Part shown: in pieces, positions 55,228-64,000 of the stretch
How the letters are laid out: each line of letters opens with the position of its first letter
How positions within the stretch are numbered: position 1 is the first letter of the stretch
Source of the DNA: Vulcanimicrobiota bacterium
GTDB lineage: Bacteria; Vulcanimicrobiota; Vulcanimicrobiia; Vulcanimicrobiales; Vulcanimicrobiaceae
Length of the DNA: 64,000 bases
Reading direction: 5' to 3'
Assembly: GCA_963714015.1 (NCBI GenBank)
Contig: OY970223.1
Coordinates: 3,328,001-3,392,000, forward strand
Made by a program: the position numbers and the translations under genes
Notes under the pieces: model-generated
Told to the model about the DNA's origin: nothing
The model's database searches: none
The model's input: the letters and a program-made list of their open reading frames with translations, nothing else

Positions 55228-56138
55228 TCGAGCTTCGCGAGCGCACTCGGCGCATCTCGCCCTCACGGCTCGAAGAATTGCTGCGGCGCTACGATTGCAC
55301 CAGCGTCGTGGATCCGTTCATGGGTCTCCCAACCCACTTGAATTACCTCAAACGCCATTCGTTTGCCGTCCATGGCGGCGACCTGGTCGAATGGTTCGTG
55401 CGCGTCGGCGAAGGCATCGTCGTCAACGACTTCACGTTCCTGCGCGATAGTGAAGTGGCCGAAATCGTCGAGATGCTCCCCGGACGGATCTACTCGGTCG
55501 ACATGTTCAAAGCGTGGGAAGGCGTCTTCTTTACGGAAGAGCAGTGCATCTATCTGGGCGTTTGGCACGACAACGTGCACAATCTTCGCAGCGATGGGCA
55601 AACCGGACTCGCCGTGCTGGGCCTGTGGAACGTCCTTTGCTACTGGCTGCAGAAAACGCACTATCCCGACGACATGCAGGACGTGCTCCCGAGCGAGCTC
55701 GCGTGGAACTACATCCGCAAGACCGAACAATGGGTCACGAGCAATTTGCGCCGCAATACGGTGCGCCAAGCGGACGTTCTGACCACGATTGCCTCAAACG
55801 AGGCAGATGCGCTCTTCCTCTCGCCGCCCGCGCGAAACTCGTTCCGCAGCGCCGACGCGCGCATTTGGATGTGGGAAGCATGGTGGCAAGGGAACCCATA
55901 TTACAACATCGAGCACGTCTACCGCGACTCTCTCTTCGGCCGCGAGAGTTCCGATGAGGCAGGGTACGCGCGCGCCATCGCCGGCGTGCTCTCCAACGCG
56001 AAGAACTACCCGGTGGTAATCTTGCAAACCACGGAACAGCGCCTGCACGAATTCGAACCTTATATGCGCAACGCGCGTCCCGGCGTAGAGATCTTCGCTC
56101 CCTACCCGAGCGAAGTCTATCTGATCGGAACGCGTTAA
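55224..56138 (+). CDS. D12-class DNA adenine methyltransferase-like protein with degenerate motifs
   Basis: SVVDPFMG (motif I-like), ADALFLSPPA (DPPY-like); GTGA overlap with the upstream gene. Confidence 0.55.
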   Translation: MIELRERTRRISPSRLEELLRRYDCTSVVDPFMGLPTHLNYLKRHSFAVHGGDLVEWFVRVGEGIVVNDFTFLRDSEVAEIVEMLPGRIYSVDMFKAWEGVFFTEEQCIYLGVWHDNVHNLRSDGQTGLAVLGLWNVLCYWLQKTHYPDDMQDVLPSELAWNYIRKTEQWVTSNLRRNTVRQADVLTTIASNEADALFLSPPARNSFRSADARIWMWEAWWQGNPYYNIEHVYRDSLFGRESSDEAGYARAIAGVLSNAKNYPVVILQTTEQRLHEFEPYMRNARPGVEIFAPYPSEVYLIGTR

Positions 56139-56264
56139 TGCGCTCTATGCTCCGAGCGTCGAACGGCATCCCAGCCCACCAAGCCTGACGGCCTATTCTA
56201 GGTCATCCAAACGGCCGGTTTCGGAGAAGCGAAGATTTTAGGGAGTTAGCGAGAATACCGCAAC

Positions 56265-56549
56265 ATGGATTTGAGCGGGTGCTTCGCTATCACGGGTGCG
56301 GTCGTGCTGTTGGCAACATTGGCCGCGGTGTGCGTCATAAGGCGGCGCCGCCAACCGTGGAACGCTGCGCTCCAGGCAGGTTCGACGGTCATGTGGTGTT
56401 GTACGGCGGGCTATTATTTGACGGCTTCCCATTTAATCTGGCCGTACTTTGGTGCGGCACTGGGGTTGGTTTGCGCTGCGGCCAACGCTGCGATGCTGAT
56501 TAAAACCATGCGCGGACAGCGCTCGGCGACCGTGGCGGCTAAATACTAG
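56265..56549 (+). CDS. Small membrane protein
   Basis: Three hydrophobic segments. Confidence 0.45.
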   Translation: MDLSGCFAITGAVVLLATLAAVCVIRRRRQPWNAALQAGSTVMWCCTAGYYLTASHLIWPYFGAALGLVCAAANAAMLIKTMRGQRSATVAAKY

Positions 56550-56840
56550 ATGCAAATAGATCCGAGCGGGTGGAATTTGAACACCTGGTTGATAGCGGCG
56601 GCCATAGCGATCTACTTGGGCACAGTGATCGTAGCGATAACATTCCGCCGGTACAGTCAATGGCGACTGGCGGTGAGTGTCAGCGAGATCATTTTTCTCA
56701 TCCTCGCAGCGGGATGGGCGTTCACGTGGCCGGTGCATTTTTGGTTGTCGTACTGCGTTGGCTCGCTGTGCGCAGCTCTTGCAATCCTCAACCTTTACCA
56801 GCTGTTCAAATCCGGACGCCGCACCCGCGCCCCCCAGTAA
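56550..56840 (+). CDS. Small membrane protein
   Basis: Three hydrophobic segments; abuts the previous ORF. Confidence 0.5.
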   Translation: MQIDPSGWNLNTWLIAAAIAIYLGTVIVAITFRRYSQWRLAVSVSEIIFLILAAGWAFTWPVHFWLSYCVGSLCAALAILNLYQLFKSGRRTRAPQ

Positions 56841-56883
56841 AGTTGCTTGTTCGCTCGAGCTTAGGAAGCAACCGGAACGAGAA

Positions 56884-57081
56884 CTAGCTGCGAACGGCAG
56901 CACTGGGGGACATTCGCGCCCAGGCGAAGCAAAGCAGCGCAATCACCGCATAGAGAATCGTATGCTTCGTATGCGGTCTGCCGTCGAAGCCCAGCGTGTG
57001 ATTGAAATGCAGAACGCCCGTAGCGGCGCAGATTGCGGCCAGAACGAAGATGACGCCGAGAACGACGGCTAAGGTTTTCAT
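56884..57081 (-). CDS. Small 2-TM membrane protein
   Basis: ATGA overlap with the uppP stop; two hydrophobic segments. Confidence 0.65.
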   Translation of the reverse strand: MKTLAVVLGVIFVLAAICAATGVLHFNHTLGFDGRPHTKHTILYAVIALLCFAWARMSPSAAVRS

Positions 57082-57939
57082 CGGATAACTCCCTTGCTAG
57101 CAAGTGCGAGACAGACTGCGCCGAAAATCAGGCAATACCAGCCGAACGGCCGCAGGTCGTTGTTCTTGAAATAGCGGACCAAAAACGATACGGAAGCGTA
57201 TGCGGCAACGCCGGCCAAAACTCCGCCGGCGATCGCTTCGAGCAGCACGACGTGCGCGCCCGGAACGATCAAGTCGGGAACTTCAAGCAAGCCGGCAGCT
57301 GAGAATCACGGGCGTAGCCAGCAAGAACGAATAGTTTGCCGCATCCTCGTGATTCAGATCGGCGAGCAAACCGGCGACGATCGATGCGCCCGACCGCGAA
57401 ATGCCCGGGAAAAGAGCGAGCGATTGTCCGATGCCCACGCCGGCGCTCTCGAACCAAGAAAGCTTCTCGATTTTCTTATTTGGACGGTGCAGCTGCATCT
57501 TTTGCCTGCGGCGCAGATACTCGCCCAAGAACATGATGAAAGCGTTGATGATCAAAAAGATCGCGGCGGTCCGAGCACTCCCGAAGAAGTGACGCACCGG
57601 ATCCTTGAGCACGACGCCCAGGATACCCACGGGAATCGTACCTACTATCAGTAGCCATGCGATCTTTTCGTCGGGATCTTCGCCGATTTTGCCGCGCACG
57701 ATACTTACGACGAACGCCCGAATCAACCGGACCCACACTCGCCGGTAGAAAATGACAAGCGCAAGCGCCGTGCCCAAATGCAAGACCGTAACGAAAGCAA
57801 GGAACGTCGGATCGGAACGGTCGATGTTCCGCCACTGCAGCAAGGCCGGGATGAGGATGGTTTGACCGAGGCTGCTGACCGGAAACAGCTCACTCACGCC
57901 TTGTAAGAGCGCTAACGCAATGGCTTGGACGAACGACAC
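57078..57939 (-). CDS. uppP: Undecaprenyl-diphosphatase; frameshift near 57295
   Basis: QGVSELFPVSS, HLGT, PGISRSG, SFLLA.P; C-terminal F.WY in the second frame. Confidence 0.9.
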
Positions 57940-57996
57940 TCGGGCGTGGTTACGTCACCGGGAGGATTGCTCCTTGGGACGCCTAAGCCGCAAAAC

Positions 57997-58398
57997 GTGG
58001 ACGATAACCACACTGAGCCGCGTGCCGATGGCGACAAGCAGTACGGACATCACCGAGAGTTCGAACGCGTCGACGACACGCTGCTGGTTTCGTACAGCAT
58101 CTCCGACGACTTCGCGCCGGAGTTCACCGAAACGTACGACATCGCGCTCGGCGGCATGGCAATGATCACCAACGCCGAGCTGCACAAAGACGCACCCATC
58201 ACCGTTCAACTCGAACTGCGCGGCGACGCTCGTCCGCTGATACGCCTCAACGGCATGGTCCGCTGGTCGCGTTTCGATCCCATGCTGCAGCGCTATCGCA
58301 CCGGCGTCGCGTTCATCGATCTCGACGACGACACCAAACAAGACCTCACCCGCTATATCGACACGCTTCGCCTCTTACGCGACATGGGCGTGATCTAA
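57997..58398 (+). CDS. PilZ domain protein
   Basis: RxxxR (REFER), DIALGG, VRW, GVAF. Confidence 0.8.
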   Translation: MDDNHTEPRADGDKQYGHHREFERVDDTLLVSYSISDDFAPEFTETYDIALGGMAMITNAELHKDAPITVQLELRGDARPLIRLNGMVRWSRFDPMLQRYRTGVAFIDLDDDTKQDLTRYIDTLRLLRDMGVI

Positions 58399-58460
58399 GA
58401 ATTCTCGCGTGTTCCGGCGCGCGGACTCATGCTCCGATCGCGCCACTCAAGTTCAAGCGA

Positions 58461-58893
58461 GAGCGCTAATTCGGTTTGCGGGGCAGCGGGATACGTGTCC
58501 GCAGAAGCATCTGATATTTTCGCGCCAACACGGATGTTGTTTCCTTACCGTTGCGCGAAAATTCAGTGAGCAGAAAACTGCCATGGAGGGCAGTTTTCGA
58601 GCGTCTTCGGCGGAGACGTATTCCGCTGCGCCGCAAACCGACTCAGCGATCTCGAGCGCCGCCCAGATCCTGCGTAACCCAGAGACGAAACCAGACTAAC
58701 TTCAACCGACGAGCGCTGATTCAGTTTGCGGGGGCAGCGGGATACGTGTCCGCAGAAGCATCTGATATTTTCGCGCCAACACGGATGTTGTTTCCTTACC
58801 CTTCGCGAAAATTCAGTGAGCAGAAAACTGCCATGGAGGGCAGTTTTCGAGCGTCTTCTCCGGACACGTATCCCGCTGAAGCCGCAAACCGAA
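58461..58893. repeat. Two tandem ~185-bp foldback units (250-bp period), MITE/REP-like or structured RNA
   Basis: Copies start at 58461 and 58711 with near-identical cores; each has ~35-bp terminal inverted arms and two internal hairpins. Confidence 0.9.
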
Positions 58894-58903
58894 GAATGGG
58901 CGG

Positions 58904-59548
58904 TTACCATGCGGCGAAGTCGACGGTGAACGTGTACGTGCCGGCGACGGCTTTGCACGATTCGAGCTTGGGGCTGTAGGTTGCACTGCGCGCCATGTCG
59001 ACAGCGACGTTGTCGAGCCCGGAGTTCCCGGTTGATTGCGTGACGGTTGCGCCGGTGACGCGGCCTTGCGGATCGAGTGCGACCTGCACCGCGGCCGTGC
59101 CGCTGACTTTTGCGGCGCGCACGTCGGGCGGAATATCCGTTATCGGCGGCGTTGCGCTCACGGTAGGTAGTAGCGTTGCTCCGGCGCATCCCGGTGTTGA
59201 CGTGGCAAGCGGAGCTGCGGTCGATGCGGCGGGCGGAGGCGCGGACGCGACTGCGGGGCCCGGTGTTGCAAAGTGCACTGCAGGCGGACCGGAGTTCGTG
59301 CGATGCTCGATGTGCGGCGGTTGGACGCTCGAGCGGACGACGGGGGTCGGCGCGGGCGTCGGGGGCGGCGTCGGCGGCGGTGTGTGAACGATACGCGCGA
59401 TGCGCAGCGTGCGAACTTTGAACGTTTCGGGCTGCTGGGTCATGCGATCGAACAGATTCCACCGAAAGTAACCGGCGAAGATCAGGTGAACGAGCAGCGA
59501 TATCGCGATGGCGAAGAGGAAGACTTTTCGTGCGCGACCAGCGCTCAT
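58904..59548 (-). CDS. TonB-family protein
   Basis: SLLVH anchor, Pro-rich linker, TonB C-terminal domain (QSTGN..LD..A). Confidence 0.85.
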   Translation of the reverse strand: MSAGRARKVFLFAIAISLLVHLIFAGYFRWNLFDRMTQQPETFKVRTLRIARIVHTPPPTPPPTPAPTPVVRSSVQPPHIEHRTNSGPPAVHFATPGPAVASAPPPAASTAAPLATSTPGCAGATLLPTVSATPPITDIPPDVRAAKVSGTAAVQVALDPQGRVTGATVTQSTGNSGLDNVAVDMARSATYSPKLESCKAVAGTYTFTVDFAAW

Positions 59549-59570
59549 GAGCGAAGGCCTTCAGAAAACG

Positions 59571-59600
59571 TGAAGACGCTCCCTTTTGGAAGCGTCTTCA
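59571..59600 (-). terminator. Hairpin, putative intrinsic terminator between the two tonB genes
   Basis: TGAAGACGCT...AGCGTCTTCA followed by CGTTTTCT on the minus strand. Confidence 0.5.
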
Positions 59601-59617
59601 TCCGCAGAACGGCGGAC

Positions 59618-60352
59618 TTAACTATTGGGGTCGAACGTGACCTTGAACAAGTACTGCCCTTCGACGGGCGTGCAGTTCACGATCTTCGGCGCGTACGTCG
59701 ATTGCTTCGCGGCAGCCACTGCCGCTTGGTCGAGCGCGGCATTGCCGGCGCTTTGAGAGACCGCCGCGTCTTCCAACGAGCCGCTGGGCGCGATCGTCAC
59801 CGTGATGTTCACGGTCACGGTTCCAAGTCCCAGTTCGCGCGCGCTGTCCGGATAATCGGGCTGCGCCTGCTGAACGACGGTCGCGTCTTGATACGGCGTC
59901 TTACAAGCGGGGTGCGGCGTTTCGGGCGGTCCTACGGACGCCGGAGGCGCGGGCGGCGCGGTACCCTGGCCCTGCGGAACGCCGTTTTCGGCACCTTGCG
60001 TAGGCTGCTTGACCGTCTGTTCGGTCGACGTCGTGTTCGAGTTGCTGTGCGTGTGCACCAAGTTCACTCTGAGCTTGGGCTGCGGCGCCTGCTTGACCTG
60101 AGGCTGAGGCGTCGATTTCGGCGGCGGCGTCGGTGTGGGGGGCGGCGTCGGCGGCGGTGTCGGCGGCTTCACGATGATCTTCTTTGTGACGGAGACCTTC
60201 TCGACTTGCTGTGATTCGGACGACTGCGTCATGTTCTTGAGGAACGGCGCAAAGACGAAGTGAATCCCGAGCGAGATTAGGAACGCCCATCCGAGAAAGC
60301 TCCGGACCCGCTCGCCGGTGGTGATGAACGGCGAATCATTCTTGTTCGGCAT
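59618..60352 (-). CDS. tonB: Energy transducer TonB
   Basis: SLGIH anchor, Pro-rich linker, YPDSAR..G, SAGN.ALD.AA. Confidence 0.88.
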   Translation of the reverse strand: MPNKNDSPFITTGERVRSFLGWAFLISLGIHFVFAPFLKNMTQSSESQQVEKVSVTKKIIVKPPTPPPTPPPTPTPPPKSTPQPQVKQAPQPKLRVNLVHTHSNSNTTSTEQTVKQPTQGAENGVPQGQGTAPPAPPASVGPPETPHPACKTPYQDATVVQQAQPDYPDSARELGLGTVTVNITVTIAPSGSLEDAAVSQSAGNAALDQAAVAAAKQSTYAPKIVNCTPVEGQYLFKVTFDPNS

Positions 60353-60355
60353 CGT

Positions 60356-60769
60356 TTAGGTCTTGCTTCCCTCGATCTTGTTCGCCAAGCCGAACTCCGT
60401 GAGGTTTTCCTGTTTGGCGGCATCCATCACGAGGAGAATCGTCCCGTAGTCGGCCTTCGGATCCGCCTTGATGATCACGCTCTTGAAGCGGTCTCCCGTA
60501 TTCGCTTGGAGCGTCGCGAAAGCGTCTTTCGCGTCCTTGATGTTGACGACGTTGGAGCCGATTTCGACGTTGTTCTTGTCGTCCACAATCACCACGAGCT
60601 GAGACGCCACCACTTTGTCGCGGTTCTTCGCCAGGGGCAGCGGCGGCTCTTTAGTAACCGACGCCAGAATGATGAAGATGATCAGGAGCACCAACAGCAC
60701 GTCCGTGAAGGGCGTGATGTTGATGGTCGACATGACTTCTTCTTCACCTTGACCAGTAGAAACGGCCAC
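60356..60769 (-). CDS. exbD: ExbD/TolR protein
   Basis: INITPFTDVLLVLLIIF; IKAD...YG. Confidence 0.92.
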   Translation of the reverse strand: MAVSTGQGEEEVMSTINITPFTDVLLVLLIIFIILASVTKEPPLPLAKNRDKVVASQLVVIVDDKNNVEIGSNVVNIKDAKDAFATLQANTGDRFKSVIIKADPKADYGTILLVMDAAKQENLTEFGLANKIEGSKT

Positions 60770-60788
60770 GGATTACTTCAAACCTCCA

Positions 60789-61199
60789 CTAACCGGTGAC
60801 GAATCCGACATCCTCCAGACCGGCGATCTTCGCGGCGTCGAGGATGCGGATGATGATGCCGTAAGGAGCCTTCGTGTCGGCGATGATGTCCACGTGTTTG
60901 TTGCCGCGTTTGGCCCGTTCCCGCAGCATCGTGTCGTAGATACCATTTTGATCGGTGCGCGTGCCGTCGACGAAGATGACGCCTTTGTTGTTGACCGTGA
61001 TCTCGATGTTTTCTTTGGGCTTATTTTGCTGCGAGGGGTTGTTGTTGTTGTTCGGCAGCTCTTTTTCGAAGCCCGGCGGCGTGACGAGGGCGGCCAGAAT
61101 CATGAAGATGATGAGCAAAACGAGCAGCACGTCGGTGAACGGCGTGATGTTGATCTCCGCCATCACCTCTTCGTCTTGTTTTGCCGAAAGCAGGCTCAC
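60789..61199 (-). CDS. exbD: ExbD/TolR protein
   Basis: EINITPFTDVLLVLLIIFM; AD..APYG. Confidence 0.92.
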   Translation of the reverse strand: MSLLSAKQDEEVMAEINITPFTDVLLVLLIIFMILAALVTPPGFEKELPNNNNNPSQQNKPKENIEITVNNKGVIFVDGTRTDQNGIYDTMLRERAKRGNKHVDIIADTKAPYGIIIRILDAAKIAGLEDVGFVTG

Positions 61200-61217
61200 G
61201 AAACGATCCTAGCGAGC

Positions 61218-61883
61218 TTACTTGGTCGAAGTCGGCTGGTACAGGTCGGTCGGAATCGGCGCTCCCGTGTTGTGGAAGTGCAGCATCTCCGCCATCTGGT
61301 TGGCCGCTACGATCATCTCTTGGTTGTACGCCTTGATGCGCGTCTTGAAGTAGTTGAAGAACACGACCGCGATGACCGCGATGATCAGACCGCTGGCCGT
61401 GGTGATCAGCGCTTCGGAAACACCGGCCGCAACGACCGCAGGGGTCGAGTTGCCCTTGAGCGCGATGTCGTCGAAGGCCCGGATGATGCCCAGAACGGTA
61501 CCGAACAGACCGACGAACGGCGCGATGACCGCGATGGTCCCGACGATGCCGAGATTACGCTCGAGGGCGTTCAGGTGCTCCATCAGCGCGATGGAAAGCG
61601 CGTCGGTGATGTCGGCACGGTTCTTCTCTCCACGCTGAAGACCGAACTCGAGAATCCGCGGAAGCATGCCCCGCTGCGAGCGGCACATTTTGATTGCGCC
61701 GTCGATGTCGTCTTGGGAGATCTTCTGACCGATTTGCCGCAGAAGACCCTTGGTGTCGCCGTGCTGCGACGCGAAGAAGACCAGCCGCTCGATGACGACT
61801 GCGAGACCGACGATGGAAAGCAGAAGCAGCAACCACATGTCCCACCCGCCGTGCTGCATGAAACTCCAAAATCCGCCAAACAC
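61218..61883 (-). CDS. exbB: ExbB/TolQ/MotA proton channel
   Basis: APFVGLFGTVLGII.AF; GVSEALITTA.GL. Confidence 0.93.
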   Translation of the reverse strand: MFGGFWSFMQHGGWDMWLLLLLSIVGLAVVIERLVFFASQHGDTKGLLRQIGQKISQDDIDGAIKMCRSQRGMLPRILEFGLQRGEKNRADITDALSIALMEHLNALERNLGIVGTIAVIAPFVGLFGTVLGIIRAFDDIALKGNSTPAVVAAGVSEALITTASGLIIAVIAVVFFNYFKTRIKAYNQEMIVAANQMAEMLHFHNTGAPIPTDLYQPTSTK

Positions 61884-62000
61884 TATTTTTTCGACCCCTC
61901 CCGTGTACGGGAACGTGTGTGCGCTAAGACAGTAGAAAAATCGGGGGTGGCCCCCCGTGCGAGGCGGCCTATTTTTGGCCCGCCCCGCCTAAAGTCCTCG

Positions 62001-63342
62001 TTATTTTATGTTGTTGCTCATAAATGTCGTGATGTTGCTTACCAATGACGAGTTACCGGCAGACTGGGCCTGCGTCTTTGCCTTGTTAAGGGCATCCAGG
62101 GCCTGCTGCTTAAGGCCCGCGTTCGTGCTGCCGCCCACGACGTACTGGCCATACTCGGCGATGCCTTCGGCGTAGAGCGCAAGCGGGTCGTTCGGATCGA
62201 GCCCGAGCGCCTTGTCCGCATCAGCCTTCATCGCGTCGTAATCCGGTTTGTCAAGGTGGCTCTGTTCCAACGCGGCGCCCGCGTAAGCTGTGACCGCCAG
62301 CTTGGCACCTCCCACTTGCGCCGCTTTCTCGTAATCCGCGATTGCCAGCTGATGCGCTCCGGATTTGGATTCCGCATTGGCTTTGGTCATGTACTGATTT
62401 CCGGCGATCGTTTGGGCGGCATCGCTGTTCGGATCCAACCGCTTGATTTCATTAGCCATCGTGGCTGCGTCGGTGTTGTCGCCCGCTTTCAAGTAGGCTT
62501 GCATCAGCTCCGAATCGATCGCGAGGCGCGACTTGAGGTCGGTCTTCGGATCGGCGAAAGCCGCATCACGGGACTTCTTGAGATCGACGACCGCTTGCGA
62601 AGCGCTCCCGCCCTGCAGTTCGGCGGTTCCGAGCGCGAAGTAGGAGCCCGCACCGGGCGCCATCGCCACCGCCTTCTGTCCGTACTGCAGCGCCAGCTGA
62701 GGATTCGAAGCCGCGAGCTTTGCCGCAGCCAGTTGGTACGCTTGCGCGGCAACCGTCGCGAATTCTTTGGGCATGTTCCCGGACTTCTCGAAAGAAGCGG
62801 CGGCATCCGTATCGTCGTTCAGAAAGAACTGCGCCGCCCCGAGTTCGGCGTTGAGCACCGGGTCGTCGGGATTACTCCCCAGCGCCTGCTGAGCCTTGCT
62901 CATTGCCGCGTTGTAACTTCCTGCGCGCAGAAGATGATCGATCGCGCCTTTCGCGCCGCCCATGCTTGCCGCGCTCGTGCCGCCGCCGCCGGCAATGGAA
63001 CTGCCGTTGAAGCGCAGCGTGAAGTCGTAGAAAGCAGTAACGGGCGTCTTGCCGCGATGCGCGCGAGTGTACGTGGAAGTCTGGGCGATCTCCATTGCGG
63101 CCGCGTTGTCGCCCGAATTCGACGAACTGAGAATCCGCGTCGCCTTGTGCGTACCGTCGGCGTTCACTTGAACCTGAACCACGACGCGCCCGGCTCCGGA
63201 AATAGCCTTCGAGGTCGTGCCCTGTTTGAGCAGCTTCGGCGGCGAATACTCGTTAGCGTATTGTGCAGCCGCCGGGGCCGCGACAGTGCAGGGGGATCGC
63301 AATCGCGCCCACCCCTGCCACAGCGCGGATAAAACCTTTCAT
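62001..63342 (-). CDS. Exported TonB-C-terminal-domain + TPR protein; frameshift near 63290 in the signal region
   Basis: VVVQVQVNADG...SSSN; Ala-rich TPR-like helices; ATG at 63342 is in another frame. Confidence 0.7.
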
Positions 63343-63469
63343 GCGTCTCTTTCCTATTCAGGTTTAGAACTATAAATGAAGGCGGACGGGGCGCCTAGCC
63401 TTGTACCGAAAGTCAACGTAAGTCAAACGGCTTTCGTTGGTTCCCATAACCCTCGGACCAGCGAGCGCT

Positions 63470-64000
63470 TCAGGCGGCGAGAACAGCAGCGGGGATGCGC
63501 CTGCCTGTCGCGCGTGCGACTGCTTCGAGTTGACCCACCAGCGCGTTGAATTGTTCGAACGTGAGCGACTGCGGACCGTCCGAGGAAGCCGTCGCCGGAT
63601 CGGGATGAACCTCCACGAGCAAGCCGTCGGCTCCGGCTGCTACGGCAGCCAGCGCCATCGCCGGAACGAGCTCGGCGATGCCGGTTCCATGCGACGGATC
63701 GACCACCACCGGAAGATGCGTCAAGGAGTGCAGCAGCGGCACAGCCGCGAGATCGAGCACGTTGCGCGTCGAGTTGTCGAACGAGCGGATGCCTCGCTCG
63801 CACAACACGACGTTCGTGTTGCCTGCAACGAGCAAATACTCAGCCGCCATCAGCCACTCGTCGATCGTGGCGGAGATCCCCCGCTTGAGCAGCACCGGTT
63901 TGCCCGACTCGCCTGCTTCGCGCAGCAGGCTGAAGTTCTGCATGTTCCGGGCACCGATTTGGAGCATGTCGGCGTGCGCCGCAACGAGCTCCACTTCGCG
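63470..64000 (-). CDS. aroF: DAHP synthase (class I-beta), partial
   Basis: [36 protein letters not shown]. Confidence 0.95.
   Translation of the reverse strand, partial: REVELVAAHADMLQIGARNMQNFSLLREAGESGKPVLLKRGISATIDEWLMAAEYLLVAGNTNVVLCERGIRSFDNSTRNVLDLAAVPLLHSLTHLPVVVDPSHGTGIAELVPAMALAAVAAGADGLLVEVHPDPATASSDGPQSLTFEQFNALVGQLEAVARATGRRIPAAVLAA

Noticed and set aside
58461..58893. CRISPR array
   Set aside because: Only two long units, no 25-45 bp repeat/spacer periodicity, and no cas genes.

Overview
GC-rich bacterial window with two parts. (1) About 1.5-25.6 kb is a decayed accessory island. It holds a fusion of an apparently inactive LigD-type primase-polymerase, a winged HTH and a PD-(D/E)xK nuclease; a three-gene Menshen-like defence locus (DUF262, ATPase/DUF3696, third gene); and a truncated family-B DNA polymerase of the kind found in self-synthesizing elements. 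It also has an intact IS21, four truncated IS3 copies, an IS256 remnant, toxin/immunity-like fragments, a DUF4062-GAF plus membrane/IPT cluster, and a Rox-like flavin monooxygenase preceded by a 19-bp RAE-like palindrome. (2) About 25.6-64 kb is mostly core genome: rimP-nusA-ylxR-infB-rbfA-DHH-truB-ribF, pyk, then moaC-mog-folC-folP-folB-folK(+BCCP-like)-accC-nusB-PBP1A-xseA-xseB-tlyA-nadK-recN, followed by uppP, PilZ, a TonB/ExbBD cluster and aroF. The core part contains two structured non-coding elements: a 301-bp inverted repeat between infB and rbfA, and a tandem pair of ~185-bp foldback units at 58.46-58.89 kb. Many accessory genes carry single-base frameshifts, which could be decay or long-read error. 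Firmicutes-like gene order together with TonB/ExbBD and Pro-rich lipoproteins suggests Eremiobacterota/Vulcanimicrobiota; this is an inference only. All family calls come from motif recognition by eye, not from database searches. No CRISPR array, tRNA or rRNA was seen.
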